Shown here piece after piece: positions 43,858-45,237 of a DNA stretch of 45,237 nt. Positions within the stretch are counted from its first letter, which is position 1. Every line of letters begins with the position of its first letter. The translations under genes and the position numbers were made by a program. This DNA comes from a virus (taxonomy: Duplodnaviria > Heunggongvirae > Uroviricota > Caudoviricetes): positions 1-45,237 of the IMG/VR virus record IMGVR_UViG_3300035034_002090; one strand, given 5' to 3'. The notes beneath the pieces were generated by a model. It saw only the letters and a list, made by a program, of their open reading frames with translations. It was not told the DNA's origin and searched no databases.

Positions 43858-43868
43858 CGGAGTGAATC

Positions 43869-44147
43869 ATGGATGCAGGTGTAAAAGAGCTTTTCAAACT
43901 AGCTGGACGTTTTCTGGTTTTTGGGACACAGCGGTTTCCATCAATTGAGGTGGATGCTTACGGCATGAGAAAGGTAGAAGGTCAACCGTTGGGAATATAG
44001 CTAGCCATGACACCAGAGTATCGGGAGGCGCATCCGACCATGTCCATTCCGATTATTGATTTTGATTCTGAAGAGGATGTCGCGGAGGGCCTGAAGAGGC
44101 TAGACTCACTATTTGTTGGCATCCGAAGAAGCATGGAATGCCGTTGA
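43869..44147 (+). pseudogene. ~92-codon gene with one in-frame TAG (43998-44000)
   Basis: GGAG SD, ATG 43869; MDAGVKELF...PLGI*LAMTPEY...MECR-TGA in one frame. Confidence 0.45.
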
Positions 44148-44156
44148 TCACTAAAT

Positions 44157-44178
44157 GCCCCCGATCCTCTTCGGGGGC
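44157..44178. terminator. Hairpin between convergent genes
   Basis: GCCCCCGA-tcctct-TCGGGGGC. Confidence 0.6.
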
Positions 44179-44181
44179 TTA

Positions 44182-44197
44182 GTGCAATCGTGTGCAC
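44182..44197. repeat. GTGCA-N6-TGCAC palindrome (dispersed repeat)
   Basis: 44181-44201 is the exact reverse complement of 1132-1152 in HH2 stem III. Confidence 0.75.
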
Positions 44198-44201
44198 TCG
44201 C

Positions 44202-45237
44202 CTAGAAATCCTCGCTCCACTCCACTTCCGCCGACACGACTGTTGCACTGCCAGTATCTGGACGTGCCCAGATGACGACTGGTGTGTCCGGTGTCAATGT
44301 AGCTTTTGCCCTTATGTTTGACGAAGACATATTTTTGACCCTGTTCGAGCCTGCCGAAAGTCTTTCTAAGGGAGGTATCCTGAGGCCATCCGTGTCCATG
44401 GAAAAGCTAGCTGCCTTAGAAATCTCCGACGCAGATTCAGAGCCTACATACCCGTCAGGAAGACTAAATGTCGCTCCACTCCCAACATCTCCTGCAATGG
44501 TGGTCTTGAACGAACAGTCCTCGTTCGATTAGAAAGAGGCACCCTCTAGCCTTACGTTCACGGGGTTTGGGATGCCATTGAAAAAGTCGCGTGGCCTTAA
44601 CGCGAGAATAGGCTCCCACTCGCCTTGCGAGACAGTTAGAGAATACCCCTCGACCGTATCGGCTACATTTCTTCGGGAGGATTCCCTGAAGCCGCCGATG
44701 ATGCTGAATTTACTGCCTCCCATGAATAGACTTAAATCACCACCAGAGTTTCCATTTTCAACCTCCGCACGTATCGGGAGGTTTGCAGATTCAAGCGAAG
44801 CACCTGAGAAGTTATCGTCTTCGGCCGGGTCGTACAGGTGTGCGATGTGTCGGCACATATAAGACTCGAATTCCGAGATCTTTATCTGCTTTTGTATGAT
44901 CCAGTTGAAACTCCCGTACCCGTACCATGTGAAGTCTATGAGAAATATGTGACCGCCAAGAAGATCTGCCTGAACACCATAAGCCCCAGACCCATCGAGC
45001 TTGTTTTCCGAGAAAAAGCTTTGGTAGGTCTTGTGTACGATTTGTCCTGCTCGCCTCACGAAAACGAACAGGCCCGTACTGTCAACACCCCACCCCATCC
45101 CGTTTCTTTCGTCGAAGTAACCCCACCGAGCGACCTGATCGTCAACAGGAAGTCCGGATAGACGAACGCCCATACCGGTCTCACCCTGAGTACCAGCTTG
45201 GTATCGCCCCTTCTCGTTTGTGGTGATACTAATCGAT
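44202..45237 (-). CDS. Putative virion structural protein, 5'-partial, with one in-frame TAA (44529-44531)
   Basis: GRYQAG...RWGYFDERNG...IDFTWYGYG pattern I recall from phage structural proteins; ORFs 44529-45173 and 44202-44399 are in the same frame and the gap between them is open. Confidence 0.6.

Noticed and set aside
44091-44100. CTGAAGAGGC core-like string
   Set aside because: Within a reading frame, with no GCC-GAAA-stem III partner
43998-44531. Alternative genetic code (stop-codon reassignment)
   Set aside because: The internal stops are of two kinds, and many intact genes end normally in TAG, TAA or TGA
1-45237. tRNA, rRNA, capsid/terminase genes and host assignment
   Set aside because: None recognisable by eye; the phage call rests on gene content and organisation, and the host cannot be determined without searches

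Overview
A 45 kb, gene-dense, mostly plus-strand segment that looks like part of a large dsDNA bacteriophage or prophage. It has many short hypothetical ORFs plus DHFR, dNMP kinase, HU, a LexA-like DNA-binding domain, a DNA methyltransferase, an SF2/SNF2-like helicase, beta clamp, RNase HII, a DEDDh exonuclease, RlpA and serine recombinases. I saw no rRNA, tRNA or CRISPR. The stand-out feature is in the first ~6.3 kb, where small accessory genes are separated by type II (stem II-open, pseudoknotted) hammerhead ribozymes. There are six complete copies with co-varying stems, one copy cut by the window edge, and two complementary half-copies. Each copy sits just after the upstream stop codon and carries a Shine-Dalgarno leader for the next gene. 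The 5' and 3' halves of these ribozymes are shuffled among copies around the cleavage site, suggesting ribozyme-bounded gene cassettes. A 16-bp palindrome (GTGCA-N6-TGCAC) occurs in two of the ribozyme stems and again across the window. Four genes carry single frameshifts or internal stops, so the assembly may contain errors. All calls are from manual motif reading; no searches or folding programs were run.
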